Positions 50,433 through 60,056 of a stretch of DNA of 64,000 bases are shown one piece after another. Source of the DNA: Candidatus Bathyarchaeia archaeon. GTDB taxonomy: Archaea > Thermoproteota > Bathyarchaeia > Bathyarchaeales > Bathycorpusculaceae. Within the stretch, counting starts at the first letter, position 1. Each line of letters begins with the position of its first letter. The position numbers were made by a program, and so were the translations under genes. The notes beneath the pieces were generated by a model. That model saw only the letters and a list, made by a program, of their open reading frames with translations. It searched no databases and was not told the origin of the DNA. Location: NCBI GenBank assembly GCA_049521795.1, contig JBEKOM010000002.1, positions 128,001-192,000 on the forward strand. The letters run 5' to 3'.

Positions 50433-50857
50433 TAGTATATGACGAAACCTTAAGCCTTCGAAGAAATACGACCCTGCCCAAAGCTTCTTTAGGCAAACAG
50501 AACCCAAACCATATCCCCCCCACCCATTTTAGGAACAAGGCTAGGAGATAAGGCTGGTATCCCTAGTCTTGCAGTAATAGGGTGGTATGACTTTAAGGGT
50601 TACGTGCAAGGATACTCGTTAATTGCTGTTATTGTCCGATAATCGGTCAAAAAACCTGATTAATGAAGGTCGAAAAAGCAACATCGTTTAGGGACTAAGT
50701 TTATAAGCTTCGAGCCTCAAGACTTACGATTTGAGGAAAGACTGATTAGACGCATGAACCGTGCTCCGTGCTCGCAAGAGCCTTGAGCCACGTTCTAGGG
50801 TCGAAAGGTCTTTCCGCTTTCTCTAAGTTTTCCGCTCGTAGTCCTCTCTGAGTCGTG

Positions 50858-51019
50858 CTATAGCCTTTTGGCTAAGAATGAAACAACAAACGCCAGAGCA
50901 AAAAAACTTCCTATGGCTTCAAAAAATATACATTGTAAAAGATTTGCCGTTTCAAAGCCTATGAAAGCTACTATCACACAAATAAGAAAGCACAGTCCAA
51001 CTATCTCGTACGCTTTCAT
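50858..51019 (-). CDS. Small membrane protein (53 aa)
   Basis: MKAYEIVGLCFLICVIVAFIGFE...; co-oriented with the islet genes. Confidence 0.45.
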   Translation of the reverse strand: MKAYEIVGLCFLICVIVAFIGFETANLLQCIFFEAIGSFFALAFVVSFLAKRL

Positions 51020-51085
51020 TAATTGTCATCTCTTTTTTCTCATATTCTTCTTTCAACTTGACTAAGGCTTTCTGTACGGCATGGC

Positions 51086-51856
51086 TTAGGCTTTTGGTTG
51101 ATTATCCTTTTGAACCCTTTTCAATGGTGGTCTCATAGGCAAAAACACTAAAGCAAAGGTTAGAAACATCACCGCTATGATAGTGTAGTACAAAGGTCCA
51201 AATAGAATTCCAAAAGTTGCAAAGGTGTCTGTTGGCAATAGTTTAGAATTCTTCGCAATGTTCGCCATTGAAACGAAAATAGACATTAACAAAGAAACAA
51301 ACGTACCAATTGCAATAAACGATAGTGCATATTTCCTTAAATCCATATACTCCAGAGATTTCATGCTTTCGACAGCTTCATCAGGTTTCTCAAGTATCCT
51401 TTGATATAGGACGTTTTGCTGGTCCATTATTGATGACAGCAATTGAGCGAAAACGATTCCAACAAAGCCCAAAAGAATCCCGTCCACATTAATCATGATG
51501 CGTAGCAAGTCATCCGCATTCGAGATAGGCACGTAGTCAGGGAATGACCTAGTGACTAGAAACAATATGCCGAAAATCAAAACCGCGAAAACCAGAAAAC
51601 TACCGAGAAACTCGCCAACCAATTTAACCTTTCCACGGCGGTCTACAGGTTTTACTTGAATTGTAAAGCTACTTGATAATCCAACGCTTTCATCAAAGGT
51701 TTTTTCTATCCTTCTACCCGCTTCGCTCAGATTCTTTCCGCACTTAGGGCATGTTGTATCTGTTGGCTTGATTTGTTCACCACAACTTTGACAGTAATAT
51801 TTTGTCTCTACCTTCTTTTCACTCATTTTTGATTCTCCGATATTGCTATCTCCCAT
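51086..51856 (-). CDS. Zinc-ribbon membrane protein
   Basis: CQSCG...CPKCG plus 4 TM. Confidence 0.75.
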   Translation of the reverse strand: MGDSNIGESKMSEKKVETKYYCQSCGEQIKPTDTTCPKCGKNLSEAGRRIEKTFDESVGLSSSFTIQVKPVDRRGKVKLVGEFLGSFLVFAVLIFGILFLVTRSFPDYVPISNADDLLRIMINVDGILLGFVGIVFAQLLSSIMDQQNVLYQRILEKPDEAVESMKSLEYMDLRKYALSFIAIGTFVSLLMSIFVSMANIAKNSKLLPTDTFATFGILFGPLYYTIIAVMFLTFALVFLPMRPPLKRVQKDNQPKA

Positions 51857-52081
51857 CTATCTTATTCCAGCGAGTTTCTGTCCATAAATCAATAGGGCTA
51901 ATCCGAATATTATGGAGACAATTCCGAAAGGCAAGGACACGATGCCTAAGTTTGGGAATCCGTAAATTTGAAGCAGAGTCGGAAAAGTTATGATGCCTAA
52001 ACCTAGCAGAGCCAAAATGCCACCAATAAAAGCAATGACCACACCCTTCAAAATTTCCGCAAATCCCATTCTTCTCACCAA
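51857..52081 (-). CDS. Small two-TM membrane protein
   Basis: 74 aa, hydrophobic; abuts next gene. Confidence 0.7.
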   Translation of the reverse strand: MVRRMGFAEILKGVVIAFIGGILALLGLGIITFPTLLQIYGFPNLGIVSLPFGIVSIIFGLALLIYGQKLAGIR

Positions 52082-52105
52082 CTCATCTTTTTTGTTAACT
52101 ACTAA

Positions 52106-52783
52106 TCAATACAAGGGCTTGACATAAATCACCATGTAATGCGACTGCACTTTGAAAGGTCTGATTTCTATATTGAAAACTGTTATCGTGTTGCCAACAA
52201 CTGCATCGAATTTCTGGCCCTGAGAAGAGAACCATACTTCTAGCCAGCCATCAATTTCCATTGGACTAACCATTCCATCATATGCAAAGTAGTATTGGTG
52301 CGTCTCATTGGTTAATCCACTACTAATGTTGACTGCTACATCATTATTCAAAGTGATGTTTACTTTTGTGTAATGCAAAGAAGCCATGTAGTTCTGAACG
52401 GTAGGCTTGACTAAAAATACAATGTAGCTTGAGATATAGTCTGATGTGACCTTAGATATATCAATCTCAATTCCGCAATATCTGTATACATCTCCAATGT
52501 GTGGCGTGTATATTTCGTACGGTTCAATAAATGTCGAGGCCTCAAAATAACTGCCAATCGAATATTCAAAAGTATATTCTGTGTCTCCAAAGTCGAGTGT
52601 AGTCGTATGGTTCGTCCCGCTGGTTCCGTCCCTAAGCGTTAGACTTGTGCAAGGAGCATTGTAAGAAGAACCAGAAGAACTAGGGTTTTGAACAAAGGAG
52701 ATTATTGTCGGAGCATAATAGAGCAAAAGACCTATTATAACGACAACTATGGCCAAACCAACAAGCTTTCTGATTTTGGACAT
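52106..52783 (-). CDS. Membrane-anchored secreted protein with internal duplication
   Basis: N-terminal TM; repeated YIVFLVKP/YMVIYVKP half-domains. Confidence 0.75.
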   Translation of the reverse strand: MSKIRKLVGLAIVVVIIGLLLYYAPTIISFVQNPSSSGSSYNAPCTSLTLRDGTSGTNHTTTLDFGDTEYTFEYSIGSYFEASTFIEPYEIYTPHIGDVYRYCGIEIDISKVTSDYISSYIVFLVKPTVQNYMASLHYTKVNITLNNDVAVNISSGLTNETHQYYFAYDGMVSPMEIDGWLEVWFSSQGQKFDAVVGNTITVFNIEIRPFKVQSHYMVIYVKPLY

Positions 52784-53181
52784 GGCTACTCTAATATAAC
52801 CTAAGATTTCCCGTTGATAATAGGCTTTTTGTTAGTGCTTTCTGTCTCGTTCCACGTTCTCAAACCTAGAATCCTTTTTTTAATCCATTGATTAATTAAT
52901 TGGCTTTCCCGTACGGTTGTTTCAGAATAAACGAAACTAATAGTTTTTTTATATGTAAATGGGGTTCTGTAAACTTATCGGTTGGTAATCTTTGGTTCGG
53001 TTCTGATTCGGGTTCGGGAGTTTCCGCAAGCTGATTCAGTCGGGAGTTGAACCTCAATTTTTCCAAAGCGAATCCACAATGCGTTTCCGAATTTTCTCAA
53101 ACGAGGCCTCTGTTACTTCTTCAGTTGACATGTCTGTTTGGTGAAGCTTACCACTAACTGGATATGGGCCTCATCATTTCC

Positions 53182-54072
53182 TTAAAAAATGATTCTTAAC
53201 CAATTAGGTTTGGGAGTCTTCAAGAACTTTCTAATTGATTGTCTAAGTGTGTCCTCGACAAACCACACTTTTTCATGTGATAGATCATACTTTGAACCGT
53301 GTACGATTTTGCTTCTCAGATCGTAAGATTTCCTAGTCATCTTAAACAATCGTTGTCGCTCTTTTTTGTCCTTAGTAAGCAGAACAGATAGTCTGTGGGC
53401 AAGTCTATAGCTAAGTTCGGCTGTTCCATCTTGCAGATATAGGGCTTCCAAAGCAATCATGTAGTCTATAATTTTGTCCTCTAATTTGATCCTTTCATAA
53501 CTATCAGTAAACCTACTCAATGCTATGCCTAAAGGACTAGAGGATTCCTTCTTCTCCCATGCAGTGTTCATAAATTCTTCCCGAAAATTCCTTAAATCTA
53601 AGAGAGATGAGCTAGGCAGGAAATACAGTCTTTCCTCATTTCTAGAAGGTCTGATTGATGAAAAATGTGTTGCGATATGCTTTCCTCTCCAAACATCAAA
53701 AACGATCCTAATGCATCCTTCCTTGAAAAGCCGTAAAACGAGCATTACTTTTGCTATTTCTTCATCAACAATATTGCTGACTCTTATCATAGCTTCTCTG
53801 GAATCCTCCACTTCATAATGATAGTCCACCCAATACCTGCCCTCTCCAAGATCAATAGCCACTTCAAACGCTTCGTTAATTGAAGGAATTTTGGGTTTTG
53901 GACTTAGTAAGAAAGTTCGAAGCCTTTCCTTAGGAATCTTGCCAATCTTGAGGGTTCTATTCTCAAAACTCAGATCAAGCTCATCTATATCAGAATTGAA
54001 CCTATCAAGGAGCGCAAAATACTGGAACAACATACCCCTACTATGATTTCGCTCACAGTTATTTCTTTTCAA
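53182..54072 (-). CDS. ApeA-like HEPN domain protein
   Basis: IALEALY...ELSYRLA.R...YDLRSKIVHG (RxxxxH). Confidence 0.82.
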   Translation of the reverse strand: MKRNNCERNHSRGMLFQYFALLDRFNSDIDELDLSFENRTLKIGKIPKERLRTFLLSPKPKIPSINEAFEVAIDLGEGRYWVDYHYEVEDSREAMIRVSNIVDEEIAKVMLVLRLFKEGCIRIVFDVWRGKHIATHFSSIRPSRNEERLYFLPSSSLLDLRNFREEFMNTAWEKKESSSPLGIALSRFTDSYERIKLEDKIIDYMIALEALYLQDGTAELSYRLAHRLSVLLTKDKKERQRLFKMTRKSYDLRSKIVHGSKYDLSHEKVWFVEDTLRQSIRKFLKTPKPNWLRIIF

Positions 54073-54143
54073 TTGTGGTTCTGGTGCATCTTAGGGTGAT
54101 CGTTCTTCGTGGTGCAAGTCGGGTGATAATGCCACTTTCCGAG

Positions 54144-54632
54144 TCAATGCATCAATTCATGTTCATGGACAACGGTGTCAAAATCCTGCTTATGCTTGAT
54201 TCTTGTGATGCTTCCTTGAATATATGAGCCAAAGTTTTTACCGATAGGAACAAAGTGCACTTTTCCCACTAAGGATTTCATTGGCAGAGCTTTATTCCAC
54301 ACATCAATACTTTTTTTATTCAAAAAGACTCCCTGCTCCCAATCCAAAAACTCTGGATGCGTAATTTTCTTCGATTCCTCAGGAGTAAGTGACCTGAAAC
54401 CCGAAGACAAAATACATTCTCCAAGAAAGCAATATTCTCCGACCAAATAGTAAAGAACAAAATCTCCAGCCCCCAAATGAGCAACGTTTCGTGCCTTCTT
54501 TCCTTCTTCTGTGAACTCTTTAAGTCCCCAGAAATAATCCTCCTTCATGCGATGATCATAGATTTCCTTTCCAGTTAGACTATATCTGCTATTTTTGTCG
54601 TCTTTTACCTTAAAAATCCAGCAATTTGACAA
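54144..54632 (-). CDS. EVE/PUA-like domain protein
   Basis: WIF...WGL...NV..L..GD.VLYY....F.G pattern and C-terminal I...DF. Confidence 0.7.
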   Translation of the reverse strand: MSNCWIFKVKDDKNSRYSLTGKEIYDHRMKEDYFWGLKEFTEEGKKARNVAHLGAGDFVLYYLVGEYCFLGECILSSGFRSLTPEESKKITHPEFLDWEQGVFLNKKSIDVWNKALPMKSLVGKVHFVPIGKNFGSYIQGSITRIKHKQDFDTVVHEHELMH

Positions 54633-54827
54633 CTCAATCTTCCTCTCAATTATCTCACAAGAACCTTTGGATTTTTAAAGCTATATGATTTTCTTTTGGT
54701 GAAAGCTGAGTTGCCTTATCAATGGAGATATACGAAGTATAAGAAGAGGCAATCTCAAAGAAGATCAACAGGGACTTTCCGCTAAAAACGGGCCCCTAAG
54801 CGATTTTTCTTTTGTGAGCGCGCGCGC

Positions 54828-55094
54828 TTCGGGAATCGAGTCTTCATACTCTGGAACATGCTCGTAACCTATGGTTTCAAGCGGCCCAATGCAGTCTTGA
54901 GCATCAGAAAGAAGGCGTATACCAACCATAATGTCAATGATCGGCTTAGCTCCCAAGTCTGGAACAGCCGTGCTTCCAACATGCTCAACGGCAACGACCT
55001 TCTTTGCGATCACGCTCAGAATTTTTGCCTTCTCCCTTTCAAATACTAGCGGCCAGTTTGGGTCATAGTCCACCACTTTGACAGGGGCTTCCAC
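54828..55094 (-). pseudogene. GrpB/UPF0157 family gene, N-terminal part
   Basis: VVDYDPNWP..FE.EK...EHVGSTAVP.L.AKPIIDI...GYEHVPEYEDSIPE, then homology stops at a (CG)5 tract. Confidence 0.88.
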
Positions 55095-55320
55095 GTTGTT
55101 TCTCCCTTAGCCTTCTGCGCTTTGCTCTCGCGCATGATCTCTTCATCGTTGTCAGATAAAGACCTATTGAGCCACTTAGCCTCGATTCACACTTCAAGGC
55201 TACGCAGTGAGAGCATTGATTAGTGAATTTCTCATTTTCAAACCGATAAGAAAATATCTTTTTAGGCGTAATAGTGATATGTTACTTTCAAGCAATGCAT
55301 CGCTTCAGCGAGGGCATGAG

Positions 55321-57009
55321 ATGACGACGTTTGATGACAAGACAATTAACGAAGTAAGAAAAGAACGGCAACGCTGGGAGCAGACAACACTGCTAAGCTG
55401 GAAAAAGCAATGTAAAGAGAGGAAAACCGAGTTTCGGAACACCTCCAATACGCTAATAAAAGGCTTGTACACGCCAGAAGACATCAAATCAATGGATTAC
55501 ATGCACGATCTGGGCTTTCCTGGCGAGTACCCGTTCCTTCGAGGCGTACATGCAACCATGTACCGCGGTCGATTGTGGACGATGCGGCAGTTTTCAGGAT
55601 TCGGCACGGCAGCACAGACGAACCGACGTTTCAAGTATCTTCTTAAAGAAGGCGAAACTGGTTTGAGCATCGCTTTTGATTATCCAACGATAATGGGCTA
55701 CGATTCAGACCATCCGATGGGGCAGGGCGAGGTCGGGATATGTGGAGTGGCCATCACTTCGTTGAAGGACATGGAAGTTTTGCTCGGTGGAATTCCTCTT
55801 GACAAAGTCACAACGTCGATGACGATAAACGGGCCTGCAGGTATGCTGCTGGCCATGTACGTTGCGGTAGGCGACCAGCAGGGTGTGCCCAGAGAAAGGC
55901 TCGGTGGAACCACGCAGAACGATAACTTGAAGGAGTATTTCGCTCAGAAACTCTGTATCTATCCGCCGAAGCCCGCGCTTAAACTGACAACGGACATAAT
56001 CGAGTACTGCGCGAGACACTTGCCGAAGTGGAACCCCGTAAGCATAAGCGGCTACCACATCAGAGAAGCCGGCGCAAACGCTGTGCAAGAGTTAGCTTTT
56101 ACGATTTATGATGGAATAGCCTATGTTGAATCCACGATGCAAAGAGGTCTTAAGGTCGACGATTTTGCCCATAGACTATCATTCTTTTTTGCGTCCCACA
56201 ACGATTTCTTCGAGGAAGTAGCCAAGTTCAGGGCTGCCAGAAGAATTTGGGCAAAGTTGATGAAAGAGCGGTTCCACGCCAGGAATCCAAGGTCCATGTG
56301 GATGCGAATGCATGTCCAAACCTCGGGTTGCACACTTACAGCACAGCAGCCGTTGAACAACATCACACGGACCACGATTCAAGCATTGGCCGCCGTTTTG
56401 GGCGGAACGCAGTCGTTGCACACGAACTCGTTTGATGAAGCCTTGGCGCTTCCGAGCGAAGTAGCCGTGAGAGTTGCACTGAGAACACAGCAGATAATTG
56501 CTCACGAGAGCTACGCGCCCAACACCATAGACCCCTTGGCAGGCTCGTACTACTTAGAAGCTTTAACCAACGAAATGGAAGAAAAGGCGATGGACTACAT
56601 ACGGAAGGTGGACGAAATGGGAGGAGCCATCGTAGCCATAGAGAAAGGGTTCTTCCAGAAAGAAATTTCCGACAGCGCTTACAAGTACCAGAGAGAAATA
56701 GACGAAATGAAACGCATAATAGTCGGCATAAACGACTTCACCATCGAAAAGGAAGAAATTCCGATAGAGCTTTTGAGGGTAGATCCTAAAGTCGAGAAGG
56801 AACAAGTTCTCAGTCTCAAAAAGCTAAGGCGGAAGAGAGATAAGAGAAAAGTTGAAGAAACCCTCGGAAAACTCCGTCGATGCACAGAAAAAGATGAGAA
56901 CCTCATGCCCGTAATAATAGAGGCAGTAAAATCCTATGCAACGATTGGCGAGATCTGCGAAGTGTTACGTCAGGTTTACGGAGAATATAAAGAGTTGATC
57001 ATAATCTAA
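55321..57009 (+). CDS. B12-dependent acyl-CoA mutase large subunit (methylmalonyl-CoA mutase family, isobutyryl-CoA-mutase-type residues)
   Basis: [36 protein letters not shown]; start reassigned to ATG 55321. Confidence 0.93.
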   Translation: MTTFDDKTINEVRKERQRWEQTTLLSWKKQCKERKTEFRNTSNTLIKGLYTPEDIKSMDYMHDLGFPGEYPFLRGVHATMYRGRLWTMRQFSGFGTAAQTNRRFKYLLKEGETGLSIAFDYPTIMGYDSDHPMGQGEVGICGVAITSLKDMEVLLGGIPLDKVTTSMTINGPAGMLLAMYVAVGDQQGVPRERLGGTTQNDNLKEYFAQKLCIYPPKPALKLTTDIIEYCARHLPKWNPVSISGYHIREAGANAVQELAFTIYDGIAYVESTMQRGLKVDDFAHRLSFFFASHNDFFEEVAKFRAARRIWAKLMKERFHARNPRSMWMRMHVQTSGCTLTAQQPLNNITRTTIQALAAVLGGTQSLHTNSFDEALALPSEVAVRVALRTQQIIAHESYAPNTIDPLAGSYYLEALTNEMEEKAMDYIRKVDEMGGAIVAIEKGFFQKEISDSAYKYQREIDEMKRIIVGINDFTIEKEEIPIELLRVDPKVEKEQVLSLKKLRRKRDKRKVEETLGKLRRCTEKDENLMPVIIEAVKSYATIGEICEVLRQVYGEYKELIII

Positions 57010-57022
57010 AGAGGGAAACAAC

Positions 57023-57430
57023 ATGCGAAAAGACAGAAAAATCAGAGTATTAATTGCGAAGCCAGGTCTGGACAGTCACGACAGAGGGGCAAAGGTAGTT
57101 GCCAGGGCCCTAAGAGACGCCGGAATGGAAGTCATCTACACGGGCCTAAGACAAACCCCTGAACAGATAGTCGAAACCGCCCTTCAGGAGGACGTTGACG
57201 TCATAGGCTTAAGCATCCTTTCAGGAGCCCACAAGACCCTTTTCCCGAGAATAATGAGGCTTCTCAGACAACAAGACCTCACAGACGTGATGATCTTCGC
57301 CGGAGGCATAATCCCCGAGGAAGACGTGGTTAAAATGAAAAAGCTGGGAATAAAAGAGATCTTCGGGCCTGGAACCACGACAGAAACGATAATACGCTAC
57401 GTTTTGGACAACCTTCCAAGAAGAAGCTAA
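57023..57430 (+). CDS. Acyl-CoA mutase cobalamin-binding small subunit
   Basis: [26 protein letters not shown]. Confidence 0.94.
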   Translation: MRKDRKIRVLIAKPGLDSHDRGAKVVARALRDAGMEVIYTGLRQTPEQIVETALQEDVDVIGLSILSGAHKTLFPRIMRLLRQQDLTDVMIFAGGIIPEEDVVKMKKLGIKEIFGPGTTTETIIRYVLDNLPRRS

Positions 57431-57451
57431 GAGTCAAGATGTGCGAGTGCA

Positions 57452-58411
57452 TTGACGAAAACGGAAGAATTGGCCAAAGGTGTTCTTGCTGGGAACCGCA
57501 GGAGCGTTGCGAGGGCGATAACCACTATCGAAAACAACGACCCTGAAGCTCAGGAACTGGTTGCCAGAATCTACGGCCACACGGGAAAAGCTCACGTAAT
57601 CGGTTTAACCGGCGCTGGCGGCGCTGGAAAGAGCACTCTTATTGAAAAGATCGTCAAGGAATACAGGCGACGTGGCAGAACAGTGGGTGTTGTCGCCGTG
57701 GACCCTACGAGCCCCTTCACGGGCGGGGCCTTCTTGGGCGACAGGATTCGCATGCAAGAACTCTGCACTGACAAGGGCGTTTTCATACGTAGCATGGCAA
57801 CCCGGAACTATGCAGGAGGAATAGCAAGGGCGACGAAAGACGCTGTGAAAGTCCTTGACGCCGCTGGAAAAGACGTGGTCATAGTCGAGACTGTCGGTGC
57901 AGGTCAATCTGAAGTCGAGATCATTAAGGTTGCACACACAATAGTCGTCGTTCACGCCCCAGGGCTCGGAGATGAGATACAGGCGATAAAAGCCGGCGTG
58001 ATGGAGATAGCCGACATTTTCGTCGTAAACAAAGCTGACCGCGAGAACGCAAATAAAGCTGTAATTGATATCCAGTCAAACTTACAGATGAACAACAAGG
58101 AAATTCCGTGGAAACCGCCTGTTCTGAAAACGATAGCCTTAACTGGCGAGGGTATTCTGAAGCTGGTCGACAAGATTGAAGAACACAGATGTTTCCTTGA
58201 GGGCGACCTTGAATGCAGAAAGGTCTCATTAAGAACGAAGGCCGAGGCGGAACTCATTGACGCCATCAGAGAAAGAGTGACAGGTTCTCTGATAGAAGAG
58301 TTAAAGAAGGAAGGAAAGTTTGACGCACTCGTCCACGAAATCATGGAAAAGAAGACAGACCCGACGTCTGCGGCTGAAAAACTCTTGAAGAGGGCTGTCC
58401 ACGGTGCCTAA
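57452..58411 (+). CDS. meaB: Mutase-associated GTPase MeaB/ArgK
   Basis: GAGGAGKST, VDPTSP..GGA.LGDRIRM, ETVGAGQSE, NKAD. Confidence 0.94.
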   Translation: MTKTEELAKGVLAGNRRSVARAITTIENNDPEAQELVARIYGHTGKAHVIGLTGAGGAGKSTLIEKIVKEYRRRGRTVGVVAVDPTSPFTGGAFLGDRIRMQELCTDKGVFIRSMATRNYAGGIARATKDAVKVLDAAGKDVVIVETVGAGQSEVEIIKVAHTIVVVHAPGLGDEIQAIKAGVMEIADIFVVNKADRENANKAVIDIQSNLQMNNKEIPWKPPVLKTIALTGEGILKLVDKIEEHRCFLEGDLECRKVSLRTKAEAELIDAIRERVTGSLIEELKKEGKFDALVHEIMEKKTDPTSAAEKLLKRAVHGA

Positions 58412-58934
58412 GCTTGAAAAAGGAATGGTTCAAGTTTACACAGGAAACGGAAAAGGAAAGACTACGGCAGCTTTTGGACTTGCGCTCAGAGCTATAGGGA
58501 GAGGACTGAGAGTCTGCATGATCCAGTTCATCAAAGGAGGCTTCGACTACGGAGAGCTGTACGTAATAGACAGGCTTCCGGGCCTCAAGCTGAAAGCCTA
58601 CGGCAGAGGCAAATTCGTGGACGGAAAGAAGCCTGACAAGATGGACATGGATCTAGCGGAGGAAGCCTTAAGGACGGCTGAAAAAGCCCTCAAGGAGGGC
58701 GAATGCGACATAGTCATACTAGACGAAGTCAACGTGGCTCTAAGCCTTAAGCTGATAAAGACCGAGAGTGTCCTAGACCTGATCAGGAAGAAACCTGCAC
58801 AAGTCGAGCTGGTGTTGACTGGACGGGACGCACCAAGCGAAATCGTGGAAGCAGCCGATCTAGTCACAGAAATGGTAGAAGTCAAGCACCCGTTCAGCAG
58901 GGGTTTTCGTGCTCGAAAGGGAATCGAGTACTAG
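58404..58934 (+). CDS. cobO: Cob(I)alamin adenosyltransferase CobO/BtuR
   Basis: YTGNGKGKTTAAFG, QFIKG, ILDE, LTGR, KHP...GIEY. Confidence 0.95.
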   Translation: MPKLEKGMVQVYTGNGKGKTTAAFGLALRAIGRGLRVCMIQFIKGGFDYGELYVIDRLPGLKLKAYGRGKFVDGKKPDKMDMDLAEEALRTAEKALKEGECDIVILDEVNVALSLKLIKTESVLDLIRKKPAQVELVLTGRDAPSEIVEAADLVTEMVEVKHPFSRGFRARKGIEY

Positions 58935-58967
58935 GCGCCCAAGAAAGCAGTGGAGGAGTTGACCGGC

Positions 58968-59663
58968 CTACTTCTCTTCTTTCAACGCGAGAGGGTATAT
59001 TTCCTTAGCTACGTAATCCAGGTATGGCTCCTTCTCTGCCAAATTGAATACAGTCACGGATGCGTCTCGAGTTATGCCCACAACATATCCATGCTCCCTT
59101 GACCTTGCAACTACGTACCACAGGTCACCGTGCTTGCCGTAGTCCTCGAAAAGAGAAGTGTTTGTGAGGTCCGGCCCGTACAAAGACAGTTTGTCGATGT
59201 TTGGAATATCCACGTTGTCAAAGAATGTTATTTTGGTGTCCTCGGGATTCTTTAAGTGAAACTCTTTCAACGTTTCAGGAGAGATTCTGGCCTCTAGTAC
59301 CCCGCCTGTTTTTTCAAACAGTACTTCACTAAGCTTGTTTGCTATAAAATTGGCAACACGCTTCTTCTCCACTATGGTCAAAAACGTCGTACCTTCACGT
59401 TCAGTGAAGCTAAACATTGCTTCAACTGTTCGAGGGGTAGGCAAGATCTTGCCCCTGTGGAAAACCTGAGTGACAAAGTCGTGAGAATAGATGCCTCTCA
59501 ACATGTTTCCCTTAGGAAGAAGACTAGTGACCTCGGTTATGAGCTCAAGTTTGTAGTCTCCCTCTTCATAAGCCTCTTCCGTGCGGTAGCCCTCAAGTCT
59601 TGAAGCGATATCCGCCACGGCAAGAGACTCAGTCAGTTTGAAAACCTTACCAGCAACAACCAT
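58968..59663 (-). CDS. Hypothetical protein divergent from the SMC operon
   Basis: 231-aa globular alpha/beta ORF, host-like composition. Confidence 0.8.
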   Translation of the reverse strand: MVVAGKVFKLTESLAVADIASRLEGYRTEEAYEEGDYKLELITEVTSLLPKGNMLRGIYSHDFVTQVFHRGKILPTPRTVEAMFSFTEREGTTFLTIVEKKRVANFIANKLSEVLFEKTGGVLEARISPETLKEFHLKNPEDTKITFFDNVDIPNIDKLSLYGPDLTNTSLFEDYGKHGDLWYVVARSREHGYVVGITRDASVTVFNLAEKEPYLDYVAKEIYPLALKEEK

Positions 59664-60056
59664 TCTTAAACCCCAGACCCTTAGTCTAGAAGGTTCTGCT
59701 TATGAAACTTTACGCTTCCAAACCAAGAATGAAGATTGCGATCCTTGAGTCCACCTGGGTCTCACTGAGCATTTGTCGTAGTGCCAATGGAGCTCTGTTC
59801 GTTCTTAACGTAGGGTATCGGCGAACGCCATGAACAACCATGCTCCCACCTCCATTGCACACGCGCTACGCAAACACCAAATCAAATATGAAAAGTGATC
59901 TGGGATGAATGTGAAAGTGTTTTGGACATCGATGGTATCGAAATCCTCGGAAAAGCCGAATGCGTGGACTAATCTATTTGTTGCAAAACTGTACTAATTG
60001 TTTTAATAAGGGAATTTTCACCTTTATTATCTACCACACACCTGGAAAAATCATCA

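Larger units (their letters stand above)
50433..54827. mobile_element. AT-rich insertion (genomic islet) interrupting grpB
   Basis: Lies between the N- and C-terminal halves of grpB; visibly more AT-rich; no integrase or transposase inside. Confidence 0.75.

Noticed and set aside
50433-54827. Integron cassette array
   Set aside because: No attC-type RYYYAAC/GTTRRRY palindromes seen between the genes and no integrase
59785-59857. Structured RNA or micro-ORF between the divergent genes (CAATGGAG...CTCCATTG)
   Set aside because: An 8-bp stem and a non-protein-like 43-aa ORF are within chance expectation
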